Part shown: in pieces, positions 17,765 through 31,462 of the stretch
How positions within the stretch are numbered: the stretch's first letter is position 1
How the letters are laid out: every line of letters starts with the position of its first letter
NCBI GenBank assembly: GCA_965203355.1
Contig: OZ241889.1
Span: 2,272,001-2,336,000 of the forward strand
Reading direction: 5' to 3'
DNA: 64,000 nucleotides
From: Candidatus Latescibacterota bacterium
Lineage (GTDB): Bacteria; Latescibacterota; UBA2968; UBA8231
Notes under the pieces: model-generated
Database searches by the model: none
What the model was told of the DNA's origin: nothing
Seen by the model: the letters and a program-made list of their open reading frames with translations, nothing else
Translations under genes and position numbers: made by a program

Positions 17765-17849
17765 TAATGACTCTCCTTCTTATGATCGTTTGCTGGACGC
17801 CGTTGTTTGGTATCTCCAGCCTGTAGCGTCCAAGAGACCATTTTAGAGA

Positions 17850-17865
17850 AGCAAGTCTCGTGCCA
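17850..17865 (-). promoter_or_regulatory. Sigma-54 (-24/-12) promoter facing dnaK
   Basis: Minus strand TGGCACGAGACTTGCT matches TGGCACG-N4-TTGCW exactly. Confidence 0.8.
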
Positions 17866-17953
17866 CACGTCGCTTTATTGTGTAAAAATATATAACTTCT
17901 TGTTTATAAAAGAATAAGCGAATCAGCAGAAAATCTTATAACACAACACCAAG

Positions 17954-17987
17954 CGACAGGATGGCAGTAATTCGTGCTATCGTGTCA
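17954..17987. promoter_or_regulatory. Putative tandem enhancer (UAS) sites for a sigma-54 activator
   Basis: CGACA-GGA-TGGCA (17954-17966) and TGCTA-TCG-TGTCA (17975-17987), 21 bp apart, about 90-120 bp upstream of the -24 box across an AT-rich spacer. Confidence 0.5.
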
Positions 17988-18005
17988 TTAAATGAACGCG
18001 GCACA

Positions 18006-18034
18006 TTGACAGGGTGCTGCCATCCGGCTAGATT
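18006..18034 (+). promoter_or_regulatory. Sigma-70 promoter of uvrB
   Basis: TTGACA-17 bp-TAGATT, followed by AAGGAG RBS. Confidence 0.65.
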
Positions 18035-18055
18035 GGCCGCTAGCAAGGAGAAAGC

Positions 18056-20053
<1,998 letters not shown>

Positions 20054-20119
20054 CCTGCGGCGAGGTCCATTTTAGATTGATCCGGTCTTGCAGCAACATC
20101 AATATAGTAGGAGCCCATT

Positions 20120-20869
20120 ATGTCAAATGGCCGTGATGTGATCGTCGACGTCCGGGACGTCAAGATGGTTTACAATGCCAAAAACCGCGATGAATCGACC
20201 CATGTCCACGCGCTACGCGGTTTGACCGTACAAGTGTACGAAAATGAGTTTTTTGCCATTATGGGGCCTTCTGGATCGGGGAAAAGCACGCTTTTCAACA
20301 TGATCGGTGCCCTACAGACGCCCACCGGCGGCGAGGTGCTCATTGAGGGCGTCAATCTGGCTGCGCTCAACGTGCAACAGCTAGCGGCGGTGCGCTGCTT
20401 TGAGCTGGGGTACATTTTCCAGACCTACAATCTCTTGCCGGTGATGAGCGCGCTGATGAACGTGTCGCTGCCCACCGTGTTTGCCGGTATGACCACGGCT
20501 GAAGGCGAGAGGCGGGCCATGGAGTGTTTGAAGATCGTCGGCCTAGGCGATAGGGCGCATCACATCCCCGCCGAGCTGTCGGGTGGTCAACAGCAGCGCG
20601 TTGCCATTGCCCGCGCCTTTGTCAACAAGCCGCGCATCATCCTCGCCGACGAGCCGACCGGCAACCTCGACAGCAATACCGGTCAGGAGATCATCGACTA
20701 CATGAAAAGCCTACAACAGGAGATGGGGACGACGATCATTACCGTGACCCACGACGACAAAATGCTCGCTGCCGCGGATCGCATGGCTTGGATCCGCGAT
20801 GGGCGGCTAGAGCGGGTGGCCAACCGCGAAGACATCGACATCCACATGGGCAGTATCCGAGAGCATTAA
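20120..20869 (+). CDS. ABC transporter ATP-binding protein (LolD/MacB type), no adjacent permease
   Basis: [37 protein letters not shown]. Confidence 0.92.
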   Translation: MSNGRDVIVDVRDVKMVYNAKNRDESTHVHALRGLTVQVYENEFFAIMGPSGSGKSTLFNMIGALQTPTGGEVLIEGVNLAALNVQQLAAVRCFELGYIFQTYNLLPVMSALMNVSLPTVFAGMTTAEGERRAMECLKIVGLGDRAHHIPAELSGGQQQRVAIARAFVNKPRIILADEPTGNLDSNTGQEIIDYMKSLQQEMGTTIITVTHDDKMLAAADRMAWIRDGRLERVANREDIDIHMGSIREH

Positions 20870-20894
20870 GCGGCCCCCGTCCAAGACGGAATCG

Positions 20895-20935
20895 AAAAAG
20901 CGCCCGATGCTTCTGTCAGCATCGGGCGCTTTTTT
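20895..20935. terminator. Bidirectional intrinsic terminator
   Basis: AAAAAGCGCCCGATGCT-loop-AGCATCGGGCGCTTTTTT between convergent genes. Confidence 0.85.
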
Positions 20936-20981
20936 GCGTTTACTTAGCGCAGACGAGGCCCATGCCGAGGGCGGGAAAGAG

Positions 20982-21890
20982 CTACTCGCTAGATTGCCGC
21001 TTCCGCAAGCCCTCTTGGAGAAAGACCTCGCGGTTGGGAAAGGTGCCGGGCAGGGTAAAGCCGCCGTCAACGGCGATGAGTTGGCCGGTCATATAGGGGA
21101 TCTGGGTGAAGGCGTAGGCGGCGCAGGCGATGTCCTCGGGGCGTCCGATGCGGCGAATGGGTTGGGAACCCCCTGCGGCCATCAAACCATAGATCTCGGC
21201 TACGGTAAATTCGCGGCCCGATTGCGGATCTTCCACGCCCGAGGGGCGGCTCGTCAGCGGTGTATCGACGACGCCAGGACGCAAGGCGTTGACCGTGATA
21301 TTGTGCGGCCCGCCGTCGAAGGCGGCACCCGCGACCACGTGATTGAGGCCCGCTTTGCTGACGCCGTAGGGAATGCGGGTGCTCTCGGGGGCCATGTCCG
21401 AGATGGAGGTAATCAAGAGGATGCTGCGGTGGAGGGGATTGGCTTCTTGCGCGGCTTGTTCCACCATGTGCTTGAGGGCGCGTTGGGCCAGCCGGTAGGC
21501 CCCCATGAGATTGAGGCTGAGGACGCGGTCCATCTCCTTATTAAGGTGTTCAACCGGGGTGTCGCTGAAGCGATAGCGGATGAGTTGGCCTTGTTCGTCG
21601 GCGACGTAGTTGGCCACGCCGCTGTTGCTGATCGCCACGTCGAGGCGACCAAAGTGCGCGAAGGTGCGATCCACTAGGTCGAAAGGAGCTTCTGGCTGTG
21701 CGAGATCGGCACCGAGGACTATGACTTCGGCACCGTGCTCGGTGCGAATGGCCTCGGCGATCTGGGCGGCGCGTTCCTCGCCGGCGTTGTAATGGACCAC
21801 CACGTCGTAGCCGTGGGCGGCGAATTGGCGGACGATGGCCGCGCCAATCCCACTCGACGAGCCTGTGACGACGCAAACCGGGCGCGACAA
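20982..21890 (-). CDS. SDR-family oxidoreductase
   Basis: TGSSSGIG, NSG, YGVSK, VDGG motifs. Confidence 0.9.
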   Translation of the reverse strand: MSRPVCVVTGSSSGIGAAIVRQFAAHGYDVVVHYNAGEERAAQIAEAIRTEHGAEVIVLGADLAQPEAPFDLVDRTFAHFGRLDVAISNSGVANYVADEQGQLIRYRFSDTPVEHLNKEMDRVLSLNLMGAYRLAQRALKHMVEQAAQEANPLHRSILLITSISDMAPESTRIPYGVSKAGLNHVVAGAAFDGGPHNITVNALRPGVVDTPLTSRPSGVEDPQSGREFTVAEIYGLMAAGGSQPIRRIGRPEDIACAAYAFTQIPYMTGQLIAVDGGFTLPGTFPNREVFLQEGLRKRQSSE

Positions 21891-21894
21891 AAGC

Positions 21895-22878
21895 CTAACC
21901 TCGCTGGGAGAGGACGGTCTCGACGATGCGCTCTTGGCTGGGGATGGTCGGCAGCTCGAGGGTGGGGCTGAAGGGAATGGGCACGTCGGCCGCGCCGATG
22001 CGCAAGACCGGTGCGTCGAGCCAATCGAATGCCTCGGCGTTGAGGATGGAAGCGAGCTCGGCCGTGGCTCCGTAGCGCTCGACGCCTTCGTCGATCACGA
22101 CCGCGTAACCGGTTTTGCGCACCGAGGCAAGCAGGGTCTCTTTGTCTAGCGGCACGAGGGTCCGCGGATCCACGACCTCGGCTTCCAGACCTTGGGCGGC
22201 AAGCTCTGCGGCGGCCGCTAGGGCGACGCCGACCATGCTGGAGGTGGCGACGAGGGTCAGGTCGGTGCCGGCGCGCTTGATCTCGGCTTCGCCAAAGGGA
22301 ATGAGGAAGTCGTCTTCTTCGGGCACGGAGCCGGAGTCGTTGTACATCATTTTGTCTTCGAAGAACAGCACGGGATTGTCGTCGCGGATCGCGGTCTTGA
22401 GCAGGCCCTTGGCGTCGCGCGGCGTCGCCGGGATGGCGACTTTGAGCCCGGGAATGTGAGCGAAAAGCGCGTGCAAGCTCTGCGAGTGCTGCGCAGCCGA
22501 AGACCGCCCGGCTCCCATCGACAGCCGGATCGTCAGCGGAACCTTGCACTGGCCGCCCGACATGTAGCGGATTTTAGCGGCCTGATTGACGATTTGGTCC
22601 ATGGTCAACAGCGAAAAGTCGCCGAACATCAGCTCGCACAGCGGGCGCATGCCGGTCATGGCGGCCCCGACGCCCAGCCCGATGTAGCCCGCCTCGGCAA
22701 TGGGGGTGTCGATGACGCGCTCCGCGCCGAATTCTTCGAAGAGGCCCTCGCAGCATTTGAAGATGCCGCCGGAGGATCCCACGTCCTCGCCCATGACAAA
22801 AACGGTCTCATCGCGGCGCATCTCCTCGGCCGTGGCTAGGCCGATTGCCTCTCTAAACAACATGTCCCGATCAGGCAT
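21895..22878 (-). CDS. 2-oxoacid/acetoin dehydrogenase E1 beta subunit
   Basis: GEDV, DTPIAE, AAQHSQS, EVVDPRTLVPLD; start overlaps the alpha-subunit stop. Confidence 0.92.
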   Translation of the reverse strand: MPDRDMLFREAIGLATAEEMRRDETVFVMGEDVGSSGGIFKCCEGLFEEFGAERVIDTPIAEAGYIGLGVGAAMTGMRPLCELMFGDFSLLTMDQIVNQAAKIRYMSGGQCKVPLTIRLSMGAGRSSAAQHSQSLHALFAHIPGLKVAIPATPRDAKGLLKTAIRDDNPVLFFEDKMMYNDSGSVPEEDDFLIPFGEAEIKRAGTDLTLVATSSMVGVALAAAAELAAQGLEAEVVDPRTLVPLDKETLLASVRKTGYAVVIDEGVERYGATAELASILNAEAFDWLDAPVLRIGAADVPIPFSPTLELPTIPSQERIVETVLSQRG

Positions 22879-23881
22879 ATATATCCTCAAAAGCTTGTTC
22901 TGGCGGCGGAAAGTCGGTGTTTTTGCCGAATTCTATGGCGTCTAGGACCTCGCGCTCTACTTGCTCGTACAGCGCGTCGAGTTCGGCCTGTTTGGCGACC
23001 CGGTTGGCGACCATGTACTGGCCCAATAGGCGAATGGGGTCCTTGTTCTCAGACCACCAGCCGACTTCGTCGCGGGTGCGATAGGTCTGGGCATCGCCGA
23101 CGTGGTGTCCGTGGTAGCGGTAGGTTTTGGCTTCGATTAGGCTCGGGCCGCCGCCTTGGCGTGCCTTGTTCACCGCTGTGGTCACCGTTTCGTACATCTC
23201 CAGCACATCGGCTCCATCGGCGATGATGCCTTCGAGGCCAAGGCCCTTGGCGCGGTCGGCGATGTCGGTGACGCCGGTGACGCTCTGGTAAGGGGTGTGC
23301 TCGCCGTACTGGTTGTTCTCGCAGATGTAGATGACCGGCAAGTCCCAGACCACGGCCATGTTGATGGTTTCGAGCATGATGCCTTGGTTGGCCGCGCCAT
23401 CGCCGAAGAAGCAGACGCCTACTTGATCGGAGCCGCGCAGCTTGGCCGAGAGGCCAGCCCCAGTGCAGATGCCGAAGCCGCCGCCGACAATGCCGTTGGC
23501 CCCGAGGATGCCCAAGGACATATCGGCGATGTGCATAGACCCGCCCTTGCCGCGGCAGTAGCCGGCTTCCTTGCCCATGATCTCGGCCATCATGCGGTCG
23601 AGTTGGCCCCCTTTGGCCAGACAGTGCCCGTGGCCGCGGTGCGTGCTGGTGATGTAGTCGTCGTCGCGCAGGGCCGCGCAAGCACCGACGGCCACGCCTT
23701 CCTCGCCGATGTAGAGGTGCGCCAAGCCGGGCATTAGGCCGCGGGTATAGACGTCCCAGACGTGTTCTTCAAAGAGGCGTATCTCCGACATCTTGCGGTA
23801 CATAAACCATAGTTTGTCGGGCGTGGCCCGGAGCTTGGTTCTCTTTGCTTTAGGTTTTTTGCGGGTAATTTTCTTTGCCAT
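22871..23881 (-). CDS. 2-oxoacid/acetoin dehydrogenase E1 alpha subunit
   Basis: HLYIGEE, STHRGHGH, GKGGSMH, GDGA...ENNQY TPP motif, TYRYHGH. Confidence 0.93.
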   Translation of the reverse strand: MAKKITRKKPKAKRTKLRATPDKLWFMYRKMSEIRLFEEHVWDVYTRGLMPGLAHLYIGEEGVAVGACAALRDDDYITSTHRGHGHCLAKGGQLDRMMAEIMGKEAGYCRGKGGSMHIADMSLGILGANGIVGGGFGICTGAGLSAKLRGSDQVGVCFFGDGAANQGIMLETINMAVVWDLPVIYICENNQYGEHTPYQSVTGVTDIADRAKGLGLEGIIADGADVLEMYETVTTAVNKARQGGGPSLIEAKTYRYHGHHVGDAQTYRTRDEVGWWSENKDPIRLLGQYMVANRVAKQAELDALYEQVEREVLDAIEFGKNTDFPPPEQAFEDIYA

Positions 23882-23945
23882 GTACTCGATCTCCGGCCGT
23901 GTTTCGTCGGGCAAAAAATAAGTGAGGTGGATCCGCCATCGTCAA

Positions 23946-23994
23946 GCGCGAAAAAGCCGGGAAACCCGTGTGGGGCGCCCCGGCTTTTTCGCGC
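23946..23994. terminator. Long hairpin/terminator downstream of ferredoxin
   Basis: 16-bp perfect arms GCGCGAAAAAGCCGGG / CCCGGCTTTTTCGCGC. Confidence 0.7.
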
Positions 23995-24008
23995 AAAGGA
24001 CCGGCGTC

Positions 24009-24323
24009 CTAGCTGGTTTTTTCGAATTCGGCTGCGTGTTCCTGCTTCCACTGTGCCCATTCTGCGGGGTCGTTGTGCAGTTCAAAGTACTTGGTGTTGA
24101 TCTCGACAAAGCGGTCTTGATCATCGGGCATGTCCTCTTCGGCGAAGATTGCCTCAACCGGGCACTCCGGCTCGCAGGCGCCGCAATCAATGCACTCGTC
24201 CGGGTCGATGTAGAGCATGGGTTCGCCTTCGCCATCGATTGGATGAATGCAGTCCACAGGGCAGACCTCGACGCAGGCCTTGTCTTTGACGTCAATGCAG
24301 GTTTCGGTGATGTAGTAAGCCAT
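24009..24323 (-). CDS. 7Fe (FdxA-type) ferredoxin
   Basis: CIDVKDKACVEVCPVDCI and CIDCGACEPECP. Confidence 0.93.
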   Translation of the reverse strand: MAYYITETCIDVKDKACVEVCPVDCIHPIDGEGEPMLYIDPDECIDCGACEPECPVEAIFAEEDMPDDQDRFVEINTKYFELHNDPAEWAQWKQEHAAEFEKTS

Positions 24324-24379
24324 GGGCTCCTCCCAATAAGGTGCTATTTATCGCAAAAATACGGGCCTGTTTGCCTCTG

Positions 24380-24958
24380 TCAAGCGGCGAGATTGCCCAA
24401 TAGAGTTGCTGCGTCAGCGTCGGTTTGGCAGCGTATTCTCAGATTGAGGCGGGACCCGGGGGCGGGGTCGCGCTCGGCCGTGTACTCGGCACCGGCGAAA
24501 AGCTGGGTGAGCACCGGATCAAGAGCGGCCCGCAGGGCGTTTTCGCCGGCTCGGTCGTTGGTGGCGTTGAGGCGGTCGTTGGCCACTATGAGCATGTCGC
24601 CACTGCGAAACTTGACTTTGCCTGCTAGGCTGGGCTCTTCTTCAAGGCGTTGGCAGGCGGTCAGCGCCGCTTTGAAGATGCTGGCGAGCCGCTTAGTCAG
24701 GTCGCCAGCGGCGGGTTGTTTGCGCGAGTAGAGCAAGCCCATCTCGGCGCTGTGGTTGTCGAGGCTGTAGTTGGCTTCGTGGCCGACAAGTAGGGTCAGC
24801 GGTCCTTCGTCTAGATGGCTGTAGTCGGCCACGTCGATGAGGACTTCGTCTGGGGTTGTCGGAATCCAAGTGTTGAAAATGCGAAAAGCCTCTTGGGCCG
24901 AGAGGGACGCGGGATCTTCGAGGTAGAATTTGACGTTGACGCGCTGTAGGGCTTCCAT
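24380..24958 (-). CDS. Conserved hypothetical protein co-transcribed with sulfite reductase
   Basis: Host-like codon usage, 6-bp gap after the reductase, motif LIDVADYSH...GP...LVGHEANYSLD. Confidence 0.7.
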   Translation of the reverse strand: MEALQRVNVKFYLEDPASLSAQEAFRIFNTWIPTTPDEVLIDVADYSHLDEGPLTLLVGHEANYSLDNHSAEMGLLYSRKQPAAGDLTKRLASIFKAALTACQRLEEEPSLAGKVKFRSGDMLIVANDRLNATNDRAGENALRAALDPVLTQLFAGAEYTAERDPAPGSRLNLRIRCQTDADAATLLGNLAA

Positions 24959-24964
24959 AAAAAC

Positions 24965-27211
<2,247 letters not shown>

Positions 27212-27443
27212 GCCTAAAACCGCCTCTTAGGTGACTGTCCTATCCAAGTGAACCTTATAACATTAGGGATTTGCAAAAGACTGTCAAGATGAGTCGTCCG
27301 CTAGTTTTGCTACCGGTACAATGGCTTTGGCGATGTTCATTGGGACGGATCGCGCAAGAAATGTGGTTGTGCTCGGGGTGTTTGACAAGCCGTGGAGGTC
27401 GCGATATTATGGGCGATTCACCGGCAAAAGAGGAGATGGTTCC

Positions 27444-27770
27444 ATGCGTGAAGAACGGCGTTATCCCGCGCTCAGCAAGGCCATGCAGGCGCGGTTGCTG
27501 TGGTGCTTTATCGGCGGCGGCTTGATGAAGTTCGTCCAAGTCTATACGGCGGCGCGCTACATGACCTTGACGGGGGAACATCCGCTCGAACGCTGGAAGT
27601 TTTTGCCCGGGGGTATGGCCGTGCTGACCGCGCTTTGCTTCCCGCTGTGGCTGTCGAGTTTGCCCAAGATGCTCGGCGGGTTAGTGCCCGCGTGCGAACT
27701 CTATACGCGCACCACCGTTTTCCTCACGGGCTGGGGCCTTCGCAGTGCCTTTGACTTCCTCGCGGGCTGA
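27444..27770 (+). pseudogene. Probable fragment of an Nramp-like membrane transporter
   Basis: LLWCFIGGGLMKFVQVYTAARYMTLTGEHPLERW resembles an internal Nramp/APC segment; far too short for a full transporter. Confidence 0.45.
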
Positions 27771-27776
27771 AGCGAT

Positions 27777-28913
27777 TTGCGCGTCTCCGACGACATCTGG
27801 ACGCAGGTCGAAGCCGTATTGCACAGCGGCTTCCGGCTGGCCTTGGCGACCACGGGCGGCGGCAGCCAACTCATTAGCTGGCTCTTGAATCACCCTGGGG
27901 CCTCGCGGGCGATCGTCGAAGCCCAAGTGCCCTATAGCGAGCCAGCGCTAGCGGCGTATTTGGCCGCGGCCGGGCCGCATCCGGCAGACGAGCAAACGGC
28001 GCGGGATATGGCCGGGCGAGCCTTTGTGCGGGCTACTTCCTTTGCTGAGCCGGGGCCGGGTTGCCTTGGCGTGGGCTGTAGTGCGGCTTTAGCGACGGAT
28101 AGGCCGCGGCGTGGCGAGGACCGGGGTTGTATCGCGCTGCGTTTGCAGTGCGCCTATCGCTTTTACACGCTGCATTTTGAGAAGGGCGCCGCCGACCGCT
28201 TGGAGCAAGAGGCGGTCTTGAGCCGCTTGGCTTTGGAGGCCATAGTGGAGGCCTGCGGCGGCCCGGTCGCCGGTGTGTCGCTGCCCGACTACGCGCATCT
28301 CGTGCGGCGCGTGCTGTCGTTGGACGATCCGCTGGGCTTGCTGTTTGCGGGCGAGTTGGACGTCGTTGAAATGCGTTCGGATGGGGTGATTGTGCCCGAG
28401 GTCGAGCGCGGGCAGCGCCTGCTTTTGTCCGGGGCCTTCAATCCGCTGCACGAGGGACACGAGCGGCTTGCGGCGGCGGCCGGACAGCTCAGTGGCCGTC
28501 ATCCGATCTTGGAATTATCGGTCGAAAATGTCGATAAACCGCCTCTGCAAAGGAGCGAGCTCGAGCGGCGTTTGGCGCAAATGCGCGGTCGCTACCCGGT
28601 GGTGGTAACGCGAGCACCCACTTTTTTGCAGAAGGCTCGGCTCTTTGGCGGTTGTCATTTCGCGCTGGGGTACGATACGGCCGTACGGCTTTTGCAGGGC
28701 CAATATTATGATGAAGGGGAGCGGGGCGTGGCCGCGGCCTTGGCGGAATTCGCCGCTGGGGACTGTCGCTTTTGGGTCGCTGGCCGGGTGGATGGCGATG
28801 CGTATCGCACCTTAGCGGCGATAGAGGTGCCCGCCGAGTACGCCGATCTTTTTGCGACGGTGCCCTTTAGAATGGATATCAGCTCTACGGAACTCCGCGC
28901 TCGGAAGGCCTAG
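27777..28913 (+). CDS. CinA-like plus nucleotidyltransferase (NMNAT/cytidylyltransferase-like) fusion
   Basis: N-terminal TGGG...PGASR...VPYS; C-terminal GAFNPLHEGH (HxGH), NVDKP, GYDT, DISSTELR. Confidence 0.75.
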   Translation: MRVSDDIWTQVEAVLHSGFRLALATTGGGSQLISWLLNHPGASRAIVEAQVPYSEPALAAYLAAAGPHPADEQTARDMAGRAFVRATSFAEPGPGCLGVGCSAALATDRPRRGEDRGCIALRLQCAYRFYTLHFEKGAADRLEQEAVLSRLALEAIVEACGGPVAGVSLPDYAHLVRRVLSLDDPLGLLFAGELDVVEMRSDGVIVPEVERGQRLLLSGAFNPLHEGHERLAAAAGQLSGRHPILELSVENVDKPPLQRSELERRLAQMRGRYPVVVTRAPTFLQKARLFGGCHFALGYDTAVRLLQGQYYDEGERGVAAALAEFAAGDCRFWVAGRVDGDAYRTLAAIEVPAEYADLFATVPFRMDISSTELRARKA

Positions 28914-28917
28914 GACG

Positions 28918-29217
28918 ATGCCCGAAGAAGAATGGGAAGAGCCTGATGCAGTGGAAGTGCCCATCGACGGTACGCTGGACTTGCACACCTTCCAGCCGCG
29001 CGATCTCAAAGCACTATTGCCCGACTATTTGGCTGCCTGTCGCCAAGCGGGCATTTTGCAGGTGCGCGTCATTCACGGCAAGGGCACGGGCCAGTTGCGG
29101 CGCTCGGTCCACGCTATTTTGGCCCGCTTACCCGAAGTGGAGACATTTCGCTTGGCTGGAGAAGGGGGCGGCGGTTGGGGAGCCACCTTGGTCTGGTTGG
29201 CGCCGCTCGACGTTTGA
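28918..29217 (+). CDS. Smr/MutS2 C-terminal domain protein
   Basis: LDLHTF, VRVIHGKGTG, GGWGAT motifs. Confidence 0.9.
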   Translation: MPEEEWEEPDAVEVPIDGTLDLHTFQPRDLKALLPDYLAACRQAGILQVRVIHGKGTGQLRRSVHAILARLPEVETFRLAGEGGGGWGATLVWLAPLDV

Positions 29218-29298
29218 CTATTAAGAGTGTTTCCAGCCGATCTTGCCTTGGCGGATGAAGGCTACGTCTCGCAGCGTTTCGTCCAGGTGGTAGTGGTC

Positions 29299-29354
29299 TT
29301 GACTATCCAATACGCTATATTCATAATATGTAACAACCTGTAGTAAATGTTATA
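29299..29354 (+). promoter_or_regulatory. Sigma-70 promoter and possible operator of the envelope operon
   Basis: TTGACT-17 bp-CATAAT, followed by imperfect inverted repeat TGTAACA-N12-TGTTATA. Confidence 0.55.
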
Positions 29355-29425
29355 GTTTCAAAGCGATTACAGCCTCCAGTATACCATTCAGAATCTCGGC
29401 CGCTATCAAGGTGTCGGTCCTCCCC

Positions 29426-31444
29426 ATGGCATATCGTCCTACCAGCCTCCTTTTTAACCTGCTACAGTCGTTGCAGATAGTCCCTTCTTTGCCAATCCTC
29501 CTCTTGCTGCTGTCCGTGTGCTCAACTAGCGCACAGGATGTTTTTACAGTCGGTGGCGACGAACGTCCTTGGCCCAATTCTGGCACAACACCTGGAGGTG
29601 TGATCGATTTTGTAGAGCAACTGGGAACTATCGAGGAAACCAACGGCGAAAAAGTGTTCGCTGATGACCTAGATTCCCGGCAAAATTGGATCATGCCGCT
29701 GCGCTTGCGCTCGGATTTCAACATTTCGCTCGGCGTTCTCGAGCGGGGAGGTACTATAGATATCCCGGGGCTGGATGCCAGCCAGAAAAATCCAGAACAA
29801 TTGGCGGGCATGCTCAATGGCGACCACCGAGTGGCTTTTGACCGCAAGTTCGTGGCCGGCCGCATCGTGCGCAACAACGGCGTCACCATTCGCATTGACC
29901 TTGGGGCGCGCTTCGGAGTGGACCGAATCGCGTTCTATCCGAGAATGACGGCGTCGTTTCCCTTTGAGAACGAATTCATGCGCGGATATGAGTTGTTCCT
30001 CAACGATGGCTTGCCGCAAAATCTCTTTGCCAGTGGTCAGCCCATTTTCACCTCGCCAGTGCGGCGCGACCCAGACAACCGCGAGGCCAGAGTGGACGCA
30101 CAGATCAATCCCCAGTTTGTCCGCTTTTTGCAACTCAAGTCGATTTCCACCCTCGGATTTGAAATTGACGAGATAGAGGTGTACGGCCGGGGGTTCGTCC
30201 CGGTGGCCAGCTATGTGTCCAATGTGCTAGATATGGGCGGGGAGGTGGTCTGGGGTCGAATTGCTTGGAGCGAAGTAGCCGCAGGCAATAGCGCGGATTC
30301 CAATATAGAAGTCCGCGTCCGCAGCGGGCAGGATACGACGCCCGATGTCTTTTTTCGCAATGCCAATGTAGGAGGCCGGCAACCCGAATATGTGCCGACC
30401 GACAGCGAGGGTAAGGAGCTGACGGAGGAGACCTTTGAAGAACTGGCGAAAAACCAGCGAGGGCCGATCAAATCCGACACTGACAACGGCTGGGTCCAGT
30501 GGCAAGTGGTAGATAATGGCACCCCGCTGACTGTGCCGGCACCCCGGCGCTACTTCCAGTTCCGCATTGATTTCACCAATCTGAGCTTGGATGCCAGCCG
30601 TGCTGTCGCCGACTTGGGTTTCCAGTTCGCACAGCCCCCGGTTGACCGCATCGTCGCCGAAGTGGGGCCACCGCTAGCCGAGGTCGGTAAACAGACGACT
30701 TTTACGTACTTTGCCCGCATCGCCAATACTACGGGTCGGCCGGGATTTACGCGCTTTGAAATTGAAACTCCGGCCCGCATCGCGGCTATCCATTCGATAG
30801 AAATCCAAGATAGAGCGGGCAATCGCCTAGATGGAGCCGAGTTCAGCGGCGATCTGGCCGGGGTGTCTTTACCCTTGCGCGTCGGGTCGTTCTCCATAGA
30901 GGCGGTGGAGAACGACCATTTTGCCCTGAATGTACCCCGGATCAACGCCGATGGCACCCTGTTGAAAATTGTCTTTGATGCGGCCGTGTTTCGCTATGGT
31001 ACGCGTTTTCAGGGACGGGCCTTTGCCGATGCCAGCGTACAAGTGCCGTTACAGACCGAGGGCGGAGATGCTTCAGCCAAACAGGATACTGACGGGTTGC
31101 TGGTGCGGATTTCCGTGGGCTCGCAGGTGGCTGGTCCGCTGGCAATCCAGCCGCGGATTTTCACCCCCAACGGAGATGGGGCTAATGACCTGGCAGAAAT
31201 AAGCTATGCGGTTCTGCACCTGCTCGAACCATCGCCGAGCGAAGTAAATGTCTATGACTTGGCTGGTGGCCGGGTGCGACAGCTCAACTCTGCCGAGGTA
31301 CAAAACGGCCGCATTCAGCTACAGTGGGACGGTCGTGGCGATGACCATCGCCTAGTGCCGCCGGGTATCTACTTAGCGGTGGTGGAAATCCGCTCCGATC
31401 TAGAGACCGAGCGGCGTACAAACAGTGTGGCCGTGGTGTATTAA
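29426..31444 (+). CDS. Secreted protein with discoidin/galactose-binding-like domain and C-terminal FlgD-Ig ('PNGDGxND') domain; paralog 1
   Basis: Signal peptide ...LLLLSVCSTSA|QDV; IDLG...F...I.F.PR, EIEVYGRGF, FTPNGDGAND, VYDLAG, WDGR...VPPGIY, ends VVY. Start codon uncertain. Confidence 0.75.
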   Translation: MAYRPTSLLFNLLQSLQIVPSLPILLLLLSVCSTSAQDVFTVGGDERPWPNSGTTPGGVIDFVEQLGTIEETNGEKVFADDLDSRQNWIMPLRLRSDFNISLGVLERGGTIDIPGLDASQKNPEQLAGMLNGDHRVAFDRKFVAGRIVRNNGVTIRIDLGARFGVDRIAFYPRMTASFPFENEFMRGYELFLNDGLPQNLFASGQPIFTSPVRRDPDNREARVDAQINPQFVRFLQLKSISTLGFEIDEIEVYGRGFVPVASYVSNVLDMGGEVVWGRIAWSEVAAGNSADSNIEVRVRSGQDTTPDVFFRNANVGGRQPEYVPTDSEGKELTEETFEELAKNQRGPIKSDTDNGWVQWQVVDNGTPLTVPAPRRYFQFRIDFTNLSLDASRAVADLGFQFAQPPVDRIVAEVGPPLAEVGKQTTFTYFARIANTTGRPGFTRFEIETPARIAAIHSIEIQDRAGNRLDGAEFSGDLAGVSLPLRVGSFSIEAVENDHFALNVPRINADGTLLKIVFDAAVFRYGTRFQGRAFADASVQVPLQTEGGDASAKQDTDGLLVRISVGSQVAGPLAIQPRIFTPNGDGANDLAEISYAVLHLLEPSPSEVNVYDLAGGRVRQLNSAEVQNGRIQLQWDGRGDDHRLVPPGIYLAVVEIRSDLETERRTNSVAVVY

Positions 31445-31462
31445 ATTGCTAGCCAAGCAAGG

